From the IMG/VR virus record IMGVR_UViG_3300034037_000036, positions 17,781 to 81,780 of that record: a stretch of 64,000 nucleotides of DNA. The stretch is one strand, 5' to 3'. The position numbers and the translations under genes were made by a program. This DNA is from a virus. Below, piece after piece: positions 48,936 through 56,506 of the stretch. Under the pieces are notes generated by a model. It was not told where the DNA came from, did no database searches, and saw only the letters and a list, made by a program, of their open reading frames with translations. Every line of letters begins with the position of its first letter. Within the stretch, counting starts at the first letter, position 1.

Positions 48936-49095
48936 TATAGTAATTATTTATTTAATCAAAAAATGCTATTATTAAAACCACCATACATAATTAAATATAA
49001 TGATTGTGGCTTTAATGTTAATTTAAAATTTAATCTTATTGACTGTTTTAAATGTTAGTTAAAACAATATCATGATGATATTTTCATAAATATTT

Positions 49096-49145
49096 CGGCA
49101 AGGAAACCCATTGGTCAGCTCTGCTGCCGATGGGAGGAATTGCCG
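49096..49145 (+). repeat. IS200/IS605 left-end subterminal hairpin
   Basis: CGGCAA...CCCATTGG-TCAGC-TCT-GCTG-CCGATGGG...TTGCCG imperfect palindrome. Confidence 0.8.
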
Positions 49146-49196
49146 CTCCGTAATTAAATTATTTAACAAAATTAGTAATTATAAGAAAATTATTTG

Positions 49197-49204
49197 TATA
49201 TTTG
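49197..49204 (+). promoter_or_regulatory. Bacteroidota-type -7 promoter element driving tnpB (probably leaderless)
   Basis: TATATTTG followed by CATT and the GTG start at 49209. Confidence 0.55.
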
Positions 49205-49208
49205 CATT

Positions 49209-50273
49209 GTGAAACTTACATTGAAAATAAAACTTTTGCCTACCGATGAACAGGTTAACTTGCTTCTCGAAACGATGAAAGAGGCTAATGCTGTTTGTAA
49301 TGCTATTTCTGATATAGCTTGGCAAGAAAAGATTTTCAATAAGTTTAAGTTGCATCATCGAGTTTACCACGCTTACAAGGCTACGTTTCAACTTTCCTCT
49401 CAAATGCTTATAAGGCAAATAGCTAAAGTTGCTGATGCTTATAAGTTGGATAAGAAAACTAAACGCACTTTTAAACCACTTGGAAGTATTGCTTATGATA
49501 GCAGGATAATAACTTACAAGTCCAATAATGTGGTTTCTTTGTGGTGTATAGGTGGCAGGCAAAATATTGATTTTGTTTGCCATAATCCTGCTTATATTCC
49601 CTATATTAAAGGAGAGGCTGATTTGGTTTACAAAAAGGGTAAATTTTACCTTTATCAAACTGTTGATGTTCCTGAAAAAGATGTTAATGATGTTGAGGAA
49701 TTTATTGGCTGTGATTTTGGTTTGACTGACATAATTGTAACTTCTGATGGTGTTAAGTATTCTGCTGATGAGCTTAACGCATATCGTAAACATAGACAAA
49801 AGGTTCGGAGTTCTATTCAACGCAAAGGCACGAAAGGGGCCAAACGCCTCCTGAAACGGCTTTCTGGCAAAGAAAGAACTCATGCTTCCATAATTAATCA
49901 CACTATTGCAAAGTCTATTGTTCAATCTGCTAAAAAGCAAGGCAAGGGAATTGCCATTGAAGACCTTACTGGAATTAGATTTACAAGTAAAAAAAGAAAC
50001 AAGAAGTTTCGGACTAAACTTGGTAACTGGAATTTCTCTATGCTTCGTAAGTATATTGAATATAAGGCTTTGCTTAATGGTGTGAAATGTATTGTAGTTA
50101 ACCCTGCTTATACAAGTCAAACATGTAGTACATGTAAGCATATTGGAAGACGAACCAATAAAGTGTTTAAATGCACTAACACAAATTGCAAAGTAGATAT
50201 TATTGACGCAGATTTTAACGCCTCTCAAAATATCTCTTTGCTTGGGGTTAGAAAACTGTTCATGAAAATTTAA
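49209..50273 (+). CDS. tnpB: TnpB RNA-guided nuclease of the outer IS element; native C-terminus displaced by the IS607 insertion
   Basis: GTG start (MKLTLKIKLLPT). RuvC-I GCDFG, RuvC-II IEDL, zinc finger TSQTCSTC..FKCTNTNC, RuvC-III DADFNASQNI. The tail VRKLFMKI is read from IS607 left-end DNA; the native tail lies at 52330-52382. Confidence 0.92.
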   Translation: MKLTLKIKLLPTDEQVNLLLETMKEANAVCNAISDIAWQEKIFNKFKLHHRVYHAYKATFQLSSQMLIRQIAKVADAYKLDKKTKRTFKPLGSIAYDSRIITYKSNNVVSLWCIGGRQNIDFVCHNPAYIPYIKGEADLVYKKGKFYLYQTVDVPEKDVNDVEEFIGCDFGLTDIIVTSDGVKYSADELNAYRKHRQKVRSSIQRKGTKGAKRLLKRLSGKERTHASIINHTIAKSIVQSAKKQGKGIAIEDLTGIRFTSKKRNKKFRTKLGNWNFSMLRKYIEYKALLNGVKCIVVNPAYTSQTCSTCKHIGRRTNKVFKCTNTNCKVDIIDADFNASQNISLLGVRKLFMKI

Positions 50274-50342
50274 GTAAAAATTAGGAAAGTTAGATAAAAT
50301 TATGTAAATTTGTTGAACTTTTTAATTTCATTGTATATTTAT

Positions 50343-50561
50343 ATGAAAACAAAAATACAAAAATTAATAGATAAAATGGAAAATATACAATACAAGGTAG
50401 TTCGTGTAACTAAAGAAGAATTTGAATTGGAAGGTGGTGACATTTATCCTCATACATTCGAATTGGATGAAGACATTACTGTTGAGGAATTTCAGAAATT
50501 ACTTGATTCATCAAAACAATTGGTGTTGGAGCAGATAAAAAGAATTAACGAAGAAGAGTGA
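50343..50561 (+). CDS. 72-aa acidic protein carried inside IS607, coupled to tnpA
   Basis: ATG 50343 follows TATTTAT directly, and its TGA overlaps the GTG start of tnpA. Confidence 0.7.
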   Translation: MKTKIQKLIDKMENIQYKVVRVTKEEFELEGGDIYPHTFELDEDITVEEFQKLLDSSKQLVLEQIKRINEEE

Positions 50562-51187
50562 GCAACCTACTAAACATAAAAGAAGCATCAGAGTACCTTA
50601 ACGTACATCCAGATACACTTAGACGTTGGGATAAGGAAGGTAAACTCATCCCTGTTAAAACTGACGGTGGACATAGAAGGTATCAACAAGAAGTCCTTGA
50701 TGAATTCATTGGTATCCATCAAAGAGAGGTTAAGGAAGTTGTTCTTCCTGTAGCAATATATTCTCGTGTGAGTTCACATGAACAGAAAGCAAAAGGGGAC
50801 CTTGATAGACAATCGCAGAGATTGAGTGAATACTGTGCAAAGAAGAAGTTTGTTGTTGGAGAAATTATAAAGGATGTTGGAAGTGGGTTGTCAGATACGA
50901 GAAGTGGATTCTTAAAGTTAACGAAGCTTGTGATTGAGAAGAAGATTTCTAAAATTATAATTGAACACAAGGACAGGTTGACAAGATTTCAGTTTGGGTT
51001 TATTGAGCGAATGTTCAATAGTTATGGTGTTGAGATTGTATGTGTGGAGAAGGTTGATGTAAGTGAAGAGGAAGAATTGGTTAATGACATCATGATGCTT
51101 ATGGCAAGTTTCAGTGGTAAATTATATGGTAAAAGGAGTGTTAAGAGAAGAAAAAATAAAAAAAGAAGAATTAAAGTTGATAAGTAA
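50558..51187 (+). CDS. tnpA: IS607 transposase TnpA (MerR-type HTH + serine recombinase)
   Basis: EASEYLNVHPDTLRRWDKEGKL..KTDGGHRRY; AIYSRVSS (catalytic Ser); DVGSGL; IEHKDRLTRF; EELVNDIM.LMASFSGKLYG.RS. Confidence 0.96.
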   Translation: MSNLLNIKEASEYLNVHPDTLRRWDKEGKLIPVKTDGGHRRYQQEVLDEFIGIHQREVKEVVLPVAIYSRVSSHEQKAKGDLDRQSQRLSEYCAKKKFVVGEIIKDVGSGLSDTRSGFLKLTKLVIEKKISKIIIEHKDRLTRFQFGFIERMFNSYGVEIVCVEKVDVSEEEELVNDIMMLMASFSGKLYGKRSVKRRKNKKRRIKVDK

Positions 51188-51190
51188 ACA

Positions 51191-52315
51191 ATGAAAATAG
51201 TTCGTTCATCCAAATGCTCATTAAAATTCTCAACTGACAATAAATTAAGTCAGTTGAGAACCATTCTTTCCGAATATGGAAGGGTGGTTAATATCTTTAT
51301 TGATTATTTTTGGGAATTGGATGAACTTCCTTCTAAAGGAAAGTTGTTAAAACCAATTGTTGATATTCCAACTTATGGAGATGAACCAAGTTGGCTTTCA
51401 GCACGACTGAGAAAGGTTGCTGCAAGAGAAGCGATAGATATGCTTCTTGCAATGAAAAATAGATGGAAGGATAATCCAAAGAAATTAAAGAAGCCAGTTC
51501 ATAAAGGCAAGAAAATGAATGTGAGTTCCACAATTGCTGACCTAATTTCGGCACAAAACGCAACTGAATTTGATTGCTGGCTTCATCTTTCATCCATTGG
51601 TAATAAGATAATATTGGATTTACCAATTAAATTACACAAACAGTTTCATAAGTGGAATGAACTTGGAAATAGACTCAATTCTTATATTATAACTGATAAA
51701 TATGTACAGTTTTCTTTTGAGATTGAGACTGGTAAGAAAAGAGAAGGTAAGAAGGTTGTTGGGATTGACACAGGAATAAATGCACTTGCTTCTTCTTCTT
51801 CTGGCAAACAATATGGGACTGATATTAAGGAATTGATTGAGAGAGTTAAGAGATGTAAATATGGTTCAAAAGGTCAGCAACGGGCAAGGAGAGCATTAAA
51901 ACAAAGAATTGATGAAATTGCTATTGAGGTAATTAGTAGTGAAAACCCAGATTTAATTGTTATTGAGCAATTAAAGAACATGGGCCATAAAAGCAAGGTC
52001 AAACGCCTATTGACCAAAAATATTAGGCGTTCTATCGGTATTTGGAATTGGAGGTACTGGCTTATGAGGATTGAACAACAGTGTGAATTAAACCGTGTTT
52101 CGTTCAGAACTGTTTCCCCATATTACACCAGCCAAACATGCCCAAACTGTAACCATGTCGATAGGAAGAACCGAAACGGGATTGAGTTTAAGTGTCAGAG
52201 TTGTGGTTACACTGACAATGCAGATATAAACGCTGCCTTAAATATCATGAATCGGTTCATCTTGGGAAAATACGGTTCCCAATACAAACAAGAGAACATA
52301 CGTAGTTTTACGTAA
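51191..52315 (+). CDS. tnpB: IS607 TnpB RNA-guided nuclease
   Basis: RuvC-I GIDTG, RuvC-II VIEQL, zinc finger TSQTCPNC..FKCQSCG, RuvC-III NADINAALNI; ends 14 bp from the element's right end. Confidence 0.92.
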   Translation: MKIVRSSKCSLKFSTDNKLSQLRTILSEYGRVVNIFIDYFWELDELPSKGKLLKPIVDIPTYGDEPSWLSARLRKVAAREAIDMLLAMKNRWKDNPKKLKKPVHKGKKMNVSSTIADLISAQNATEFDCWLHLSSIGNKIILDLPIKLHKQFHKWNELGNRLNSYIITDKYVQFSFEIETGKKREGKKVVGIDTGINALASSSSGKQYGTDIKELIERVKRCKYGSKGQQRARRALKQRIDEIAIEVISSENPDLIVIEQLKNMGHKSKVKRLLTKNIRRSIGIWNWRYWLMRIEQQCELNRVSFRTVSPYYTSQTCPNCNHVDRKNRNGIEFKCQSCGYTDNADINAALNIMNRFILGKYGSQYKQENIRSFT

Positions 52316-52329
52316 GTTTGATTGAACGG

Positions 52330-52382
52330 TATCCGTAAACATGCCTGAAAAATCGACTATGTATTGCTCTTTGCATTCGTAG
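52330..52382 (+). pseudogene. displaced 3' end of the outer tnpB (VSVNMPEKSTMYCSLHS-stop)
   Basis: In frame with ...SLLG once 50248-52329 is removed; the SVNxPE tail is typical of TnpB C-termini. Confidence 0.8.
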
Positions 52383-52390
52383 TTAGGTTT

Positions 52391-52429
52391 AAAGCCCATC
52401 CCATCGCTTTGCGTGGGTGGGTAGTTTAC
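52391..52429 (+). repeat. IS200/IS605 right-end hairpin and TTAC cleavage site
   Basis: AAAG-CCCATCCCATCGC-TTT-GCGTGGGTGGG-TAGTTTAC. Confidence 0.85.
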
Positions 52430-52450
52430 AGGGAAGAAAACTTTGTGAAA

Positions 52451-52487
52451 TGTGAATCCCATTTATTTAATAAGTGGGGCATTCACA
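52451..52487. terminator. stem-loop, probable terminator for the minus-strand run
   Basis: TGTGAAT-CCCA...TGGGGC-ATTCACA imperfect inverted repeat 4 nt from the stop at 52492. Confidence 0.5.
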
Positions 52488-52491
52488 GGTT

Positions 52492-52947
52492 TTAATTTAA
52501 TGATTTGATTGAAGAAATAATATAAGTTAATTTATTTTTTGGGACACCTATTTTTTCTGCAAAATATACAATAGCCTCTGCTTTTTCTTGTGGTGTATTT
52601 AACCTTTCGACAATGGTTTTCATTGTGTTGCTATCAAGTTTGTCCAATAATTTTTTAACATCGTTTTTAACATTCTCATCAACCTCTTCTTTAATATGAT
52701 ACTTTTTCTTAATAGATTTAACACATGATTCATATTTATCTTTATCATCTCTACCAACACTTTTGGTACATATTGCCCAGGGATTTATTTTTTTAGCCTC
52801 ATCAATAACCTTTATTGTTACATTATCATCATCACCAACCTTTCTAATAACATTTTCAAGATCTTCTTTATTCACAACCACCACAGCTTCTTCAATTAGT
52901 TTTTTAATATCTTTTTTCATGATACATAATTTAAGGTTATTATTCAT
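52492..52947 (-). CDS. hypothetical protein, candidate internal head protein (probable start ATG 52920)
   Basis: MKKDIKKLIEE leader; internal VIDEAKKINPWAICTKSVG...KYESCVKSIKK. Confidence 0.7.
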   Translation of the reverse strand: MNNNLKLCIMKKDIKKLIEEAVVVVNKEDLENVIRKVGDDDNVTIKVIDEAKKINPWAICTKSVGRDDKDKYESCVKSIKKKYHIKEEVDENVKNDVKKLLDKLDSNTMKTIVERLNTPQEKAEAIVYFAEKIGVPKNKLTYIISSIKSLN

Positions 52948-53366
52948 TCCTTTTCCTCAAAACTTACGAATTTATAATTATCCATTAAATCTCTCATAAA
53001 TAATTTTTCTTCAACATCAACAATACTATCACCAAATTTAAATACCAATCTGTTTTCTGGATAAGTTTCATATTCATCAATATTTTCCCACCCCAAAGCT
53101 ATAACACCATCTATACTATCCCACATTGAAAACAGTGAACTGTTTTGAACTGTTTCAATTACAACATCTGTTTTAATGGTTATTACTCCAGAAATAAAAT
53201 CTTTTGAGGGAGGTTTTGGTAAACCAGATGCTGGTAACATATCCCAATCAGTACCATCTATATCTTCAATATTTTTAGAAAAAATAAATTCATAAATAGT
53301 TAACCCCTCCCAATCTTTACCTACAGTATTGATAAATACAAGTTTTAAATCTTGATTTTTTTTCAT
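52944..53366 (-). CDS. hypothetical protein
   Basis: 140-aa ORF overlapping both neighbours. Confidence 0.75.
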   Translation of the reverse strand: MKKNQDLKLVFINTVGKDWEGLTIYEFIFSKNIEDIDGTDWDMLPASGLPKPPSKDFISGVITIKTDVVIETVQNSSLFSMWDSIDGVIALGWENIDEYETYPENRLVFKFGDSIVDVEEKLFMRDLMDNYKFVSFEEKE

Positions 53367-54745
53367 TATATCAATTCTTTAAATCTTTTAATGAAATAAT
53401 CAACACTTTCAGTTATATTTTCACTTTTTTCTTCTTTTTCCATTTCATTTTTAATTTCTTCTGGAATTTCTTCATTTTCGGAAGTTTCAGCTTCTTCATT
53501 TCCAACTTTTTCATTTTCAGATTTTTCATTTCCAGCACTTCGTATTTTCATAATAATATCTTCTTTATCTTCTTCATCCATCATAGCAGCATGTGTAGCT
53601 GAAATTATCATATTAATAACAAATTTTTCCAAATCAAAATCAGGATGTTCCAAATCTTTTGAATATTTTCTTAATTCTGATGCAAGTTTACCAGCCAAAC
53701 TTTGTATTCTTTTTTTAGGATCTTCATTCATTTCATTTGTTTGGGTTGCATCATTTTGTGGTTCACTTTCATTATTAAATTCTATAGGTATGGATAATTT
53801 ATAATCTTTATCTTCTGTTAAATAATCAGCATCATGACCATTGGGTTTTACGGTATTCATATAAAACACAGCCATTTTTCTTGCTTCTTCGCTGGTTCTA
53901 TATGCTTTTTTTGCACAAGAAATGTTTGGACCTTCAAAACCATGTTCTCTACACCATTCAGTGAATTTTCCTTTTTCAATAGCTTCATTTATTTGACAAT
54001 CTTCTTTTATGGGTGCAGTTTCTCTTTTGGATAAGAAATACTCTAATTTTAATGCAATATCATTGATAGTTTCATCTCCTTTTATTTTAATAATTGGTTT
54101 TCCGTTAAAATATAATGTTTTATCTTTAACAACGATTCTATCATCAGGGAATCTTTTGTCTAATTCATCTTTTAGAAATTTTTCAAAATCTGGTTTAAGC
54201 CCGCTATCAACCCAAGCGGTTTCTTCAGTTATTATATTGTCAAGGTTTTTTACTTTTTTAATAATTTCATCAATCATTTTATCAGATTCGGTTATAATAA
54301 CATCATCAAAATTTTCCATAATAGTTTTTTTTGAATTTTCTGTTTTATTATTTTCATTATTATCTTCTAATATTAGCTCACCAGTATAGTGTAAATTATC
54401 ATTTTCAAATACATTAACTTTTTCACCACCATATAATTCGTGTAGTGATAACATTTTTAAATTTAATTTTTTTAATGCTTTTGAATAAGATGGATATTCA
54501 TGATATTTTTTATTAATTTCTCCACCAATATATCTCAAATCTGAAGGTAATATATTATTTTTCTTTTCACTTTCCATTATATAATATTTATTATTCTCAC
54601 GAGCAATCGCATATACTTTACCATCAGGAGCTTTTTTAGTTAATTCAATTGACATATTAAATTTATTTTTCTCCGTTTCCTTAGGCATTAATCTATGCAT
54701 TTCAGAAATCAATTCTTTAGTTGTTTTGTTTTTAAAATGTTTCAT
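53366..54745 (-). CDS. hypothetical protein with many I/L-x-E sites, candidate processed head protein
   Basis: LILED, VIITES, IITEE, QINEA, YLTED, NITES; contains GKFTEWCREHGFEGPNISCAKKA. Confidence 0.7.
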   Translation of the reverse strand: MKHFKNKTTKELISEMHRLMPKETEKNKFNMSIELTKKAPDGKVYAIARENNKYYIMESEKKNNILPSDLRYIGGEINKKYHEYPSYSKALKKLNLKMLSLHELYGGEKVNVFENDNLHYTGELILEDNNENNKTENSKKTIMENFDDVIITESDKMIDEIIKKVKNLDNIITEETAWVDSGLKPDFEKFLKDELDKRFPDDRIVVKDKTLYFNGKPIIKIKGDETINDIALKLEYFLSKRETAPIKEDCQINEAIEKGKFTEWCREHGFEGPNISCAKKAYRTSEEARKMAVFYMNTVKPNGHDADYLTEDKDYKLSIPIEFNNESEPQNDATQTNEMNEDPKKRIQSLAGKLASELRKYSKDLEHPDFDLEKFVINMIISATHAAMMDEEDKEDIIMKIRSAGNEKSENEKVGNEEAETSENEEIPEEIKNEMEKEEKSENITESVDYFIKRFKELI

Positions 54746-54886
54746 TTTAAAAAAATTTTTATCTGTTATATTTCTTTATATTGGTTACTAATTTATATAA
54801 TCGACACCATCCTATTATTAAATAGTATTAATTTATTTAAAATCATTCTTTTTTTAGTCATATGGTTATATCATCTATCAATTTAA

Positions 54887-55117
54887 CTAAATAGTAGGGT
54901 CAAAAACCGTAAGTGGTGAACCTATTAAGAAAACACCGCTAGTAGATACTGAAATATCTTTAACTCTAATATCTAAAACTACTCCAGGTGTTAATGGTAC
55001 GGATGTTCCGTTTAATGTTATTGTGGTTGATACAGATGAATATATTTTTGTATATAAAAATTTAGTTAAATCAGCTTGTGTATATGCATCATGTATTACA
55101 CTATTTAAATTATTCAT
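54887..55117 (-). CDS. small beta-rich hypothetical protein
   Basis: 76 aa, Thr/Val/Gly/Ser-rich; possibly a virion decoration protein. Confidence 0.6.
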   Translation of the reverse strand: MNNLNSVIHDAYTQADLTKFLYTKIYSSVSTTITLNGTSVPLTPGVVLDIRVKDISVSTSGVFLIGSPLTVFDPTI

Positions 55118-55213
55118 TTTTTTTATTATGTTTTTTTATGTTATTTCATTTATTAAATAGTTTAATTTAATATTTATAATAGGAATATAAATATTTTTAA
55201 TTGGAATGTTAAA

Positions 55214-55789
55214 ATGATTAAAATATATGATTTATATAAAACAATAATTCAAGAAATGACTGTTGGAACGTTTGTAGCGTTTCATGGTAGCGATCACAAA
55301 ATAGAGAATTTTGTTGATGAATTTGTGGGGAGAGAAGAAGCATATGATGCGAATGGTCCAGGAATTTATTTTACAACAGATTATGATGAAGCAAAATTTT
55401 TTGGAAAATACATATATAAGGTGAAATTAGAAAATGGTAGATTCATTGATAACAAAACACCAAACACCAAAGTTAATATCAATGATGTTATTAAACTTGT
55501 TAAAATGTCCCCAAATTGGGAATATAAAGCAGAGAATTTTGATGAAGATCCAAATAAAGGTTTAAAAATGTTTGTTGATATGACATTAGAAGATAATGAT
55601 TCTGAGAAAGATGTTTTTTTGCAAGTATGGTATGACTTCTATAGATATGAACCTGTTGATTATGTTAGAAATATGGTAAAACTTGGTTATGATGGTTTAA
55701 TTGACGATAGTATTGCAAAAGATGGTCATAAACATATAATTGTATATAATACAAAAATAATTAAATTGATTGATGTTGAAGAAATTTAA
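55214..55789 (+). CDS. ADP-ribosyltransferase-like protein (ART-PolyVal-type)
   Basis: AFHGS...F...GPGIYFTTDYDEAKFFG..IYKV.L...GYDGL; N-terminal leader ending TIIQE. Confidence 0.7.
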   Translation: MIKIYDLYKTIIQEMTVGTFVAFHGSDHKIENFVDEFVGREEAYDANGPGIYFTTDYDEAKFFGKYIYKVKLENGRFIDNKTPNTKVNINDVIKLVKMSPNWEYKAENFDEDPNKGLKMFVDMTLEDNDSEKDVFLQVWYDFYRYEPVDYVRNMVKLGYDGLIDDSIAKDGHKHIIVYNTKIIKLIDVEEI

Positions 55790-55790
55790 A

Positions 55791-56222
55791 TTATTTTTCT
55801 ATAAAATTTTTATTTTTTTCCCATTTATCAATTATTGTTTCCATTAAATTTTTTAAAAATCCATTTCCGTTTTCAAACTCTTCTATTAATATTTTCATAT
55901 GGTTTACAATATCTTTTAATATTACAAGTTTTTCTTCATTTATAATATCATTTACTTCATTTTGCAATTGAATAGAATCATAAATTTCTTTTTTTAAGTA
56001 TTCAGCATTTTTGAACAATTGATTAAAAGTTTTTCCTTGTGATTCAGATGTTTCAAATCTTACATAGTCGCTATATTCAACATTTGGATATACATAATAA
56101 AAACCTTTGTTAAAATAAATTGTTAATGTGTTTTCATTTTTATCAAATATTGAATGCAAAATGTTAGATGAATCATACCAACATTTTATTATATTATTTT
56201 CATCTATTTTTTTTAGTAGCAT
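55791..56222 (-). CDS. KTSC-domain protein
   Basis: DSSNILHSIFD...TLTIYFNKG..YVYPNV....Y..F.TSESQGK.FN. Confidence 0.85.
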   Translation of the reverse strand: MLLKKIDENNIIKCWYDSSNILHSIFDKNENTLTIYFNKGFYYVYPNVEYSDYVRFETSESQGKTFNQLFKNAEYLKKEIYDSIQLQNEVNDIINEEKLVILKDIVNHMKILIEEFENGNGFLKNLMETIIDKWEKNKNFIEK

Positions 56223-56401
56223 TCTTCAATTTTTTTTATGTTTCTTATTTCAATTAAATGTGTAATTCTTTTTTTGTTTCCAAGACTATCATTTATTATT
56301 TCTTTCACAATTATATAAGGTGGTTTAATTTCATAGCTTTCAGCACTTATTTCTAATGGTTCTTTTTGGGGATTCTCATAAAATAATTTAATTTTATACA
56401 T
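56213..56401 (-). CDS. hypothetical protein
   Basis: 62-aa ORF overlapping the KTSC start. Confidence 0.6.
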   Translation of the reverse strand: MYKIKLFYENPQKEPLEISAESYEIKPPYIIVKEIINDSLGNKKRITHLIEIRNIKKIEECY

Positions 56402-56440
56402 TTTATTCCTTATTAAATTTGAATTATTAAAATTTTTTTG

Positions 56441-56448
56441 TATATTTG
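56441..56448 (+). promoter_or_regulatory. Bacteroidota-type -7 promoter element (TATATTTG)
   Basis: TATATTTGCA upstream of clpC; a TATTTATA copy also sits at 56464-56471. Confidence 0.55.
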
Positions 56449-56506
56449 CATTCGTTGAACGGTTATTTATATATGAAATAAATAAACATTAAAAACAAAA
56501 CGTAAA

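Larger units (their letters stand above)
50248..52329 (+). mobile_element. IS607-family element (small ORF + serine-recombinase tnpA + tnpB), 2082 bp
   Basis: Junctions TTGGGG|TTAG and GAACGG|TATCC share GG(T). Removing the element restores the outer tnpB frame. Short ~10-nt direct repeats occur at both ends. Confidence 0.88.
49088..52429 (+). mobile_element. non-autonomous IS200/IS605-family (IS1341-type, tnpB-only) element, interrupted by a nested IS607
   Basis: Left end: TCAT|19 nt ending GAAA, then hairpin CCCATTGG..CAGC-TCT-GCTG..CCGATGGG. Right end: AAAG, hairpin CCCATCCCATCGC-TTT-GCGTGGGTGGG, then TAGTTTAC|. The guide/cleavage pairs GAAA-TCAT and AAAG-TTAC fit the IS608 base-pairing rule. 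Confidence 0.82.

Noticed and set aside
49179-50228. 349-aa minus-strand ORF
   Set aside because: Antisense shadow of tnpB; no motifs. The higher GC of the IS lowers stop-codon frequency.
49209-52315. TnpB genes as Cas12f / CRISPR effectors
   Set aside because: No repeat-spacer array or cas1/cas2 is present; both genes have IS ends or tnpA.
50248-52329. IS607 as an IStron (group I intron-linked) that would splice out and repair the outer omegaRNA
   Set aside because: The left end has only ~95 AT-rich nt before the small ORF, and no group I core helices are recognisable. RT-PCR across the junction would settle it.
52451-52487. A second IS200/IS605 end next to the outer right end
   Set aside because: The GTGAAT...ATTCAC arms are IS-like, but the guide/cleavage pairing does not fit. 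Its position at a stop codon is explained more simply by a terminator.
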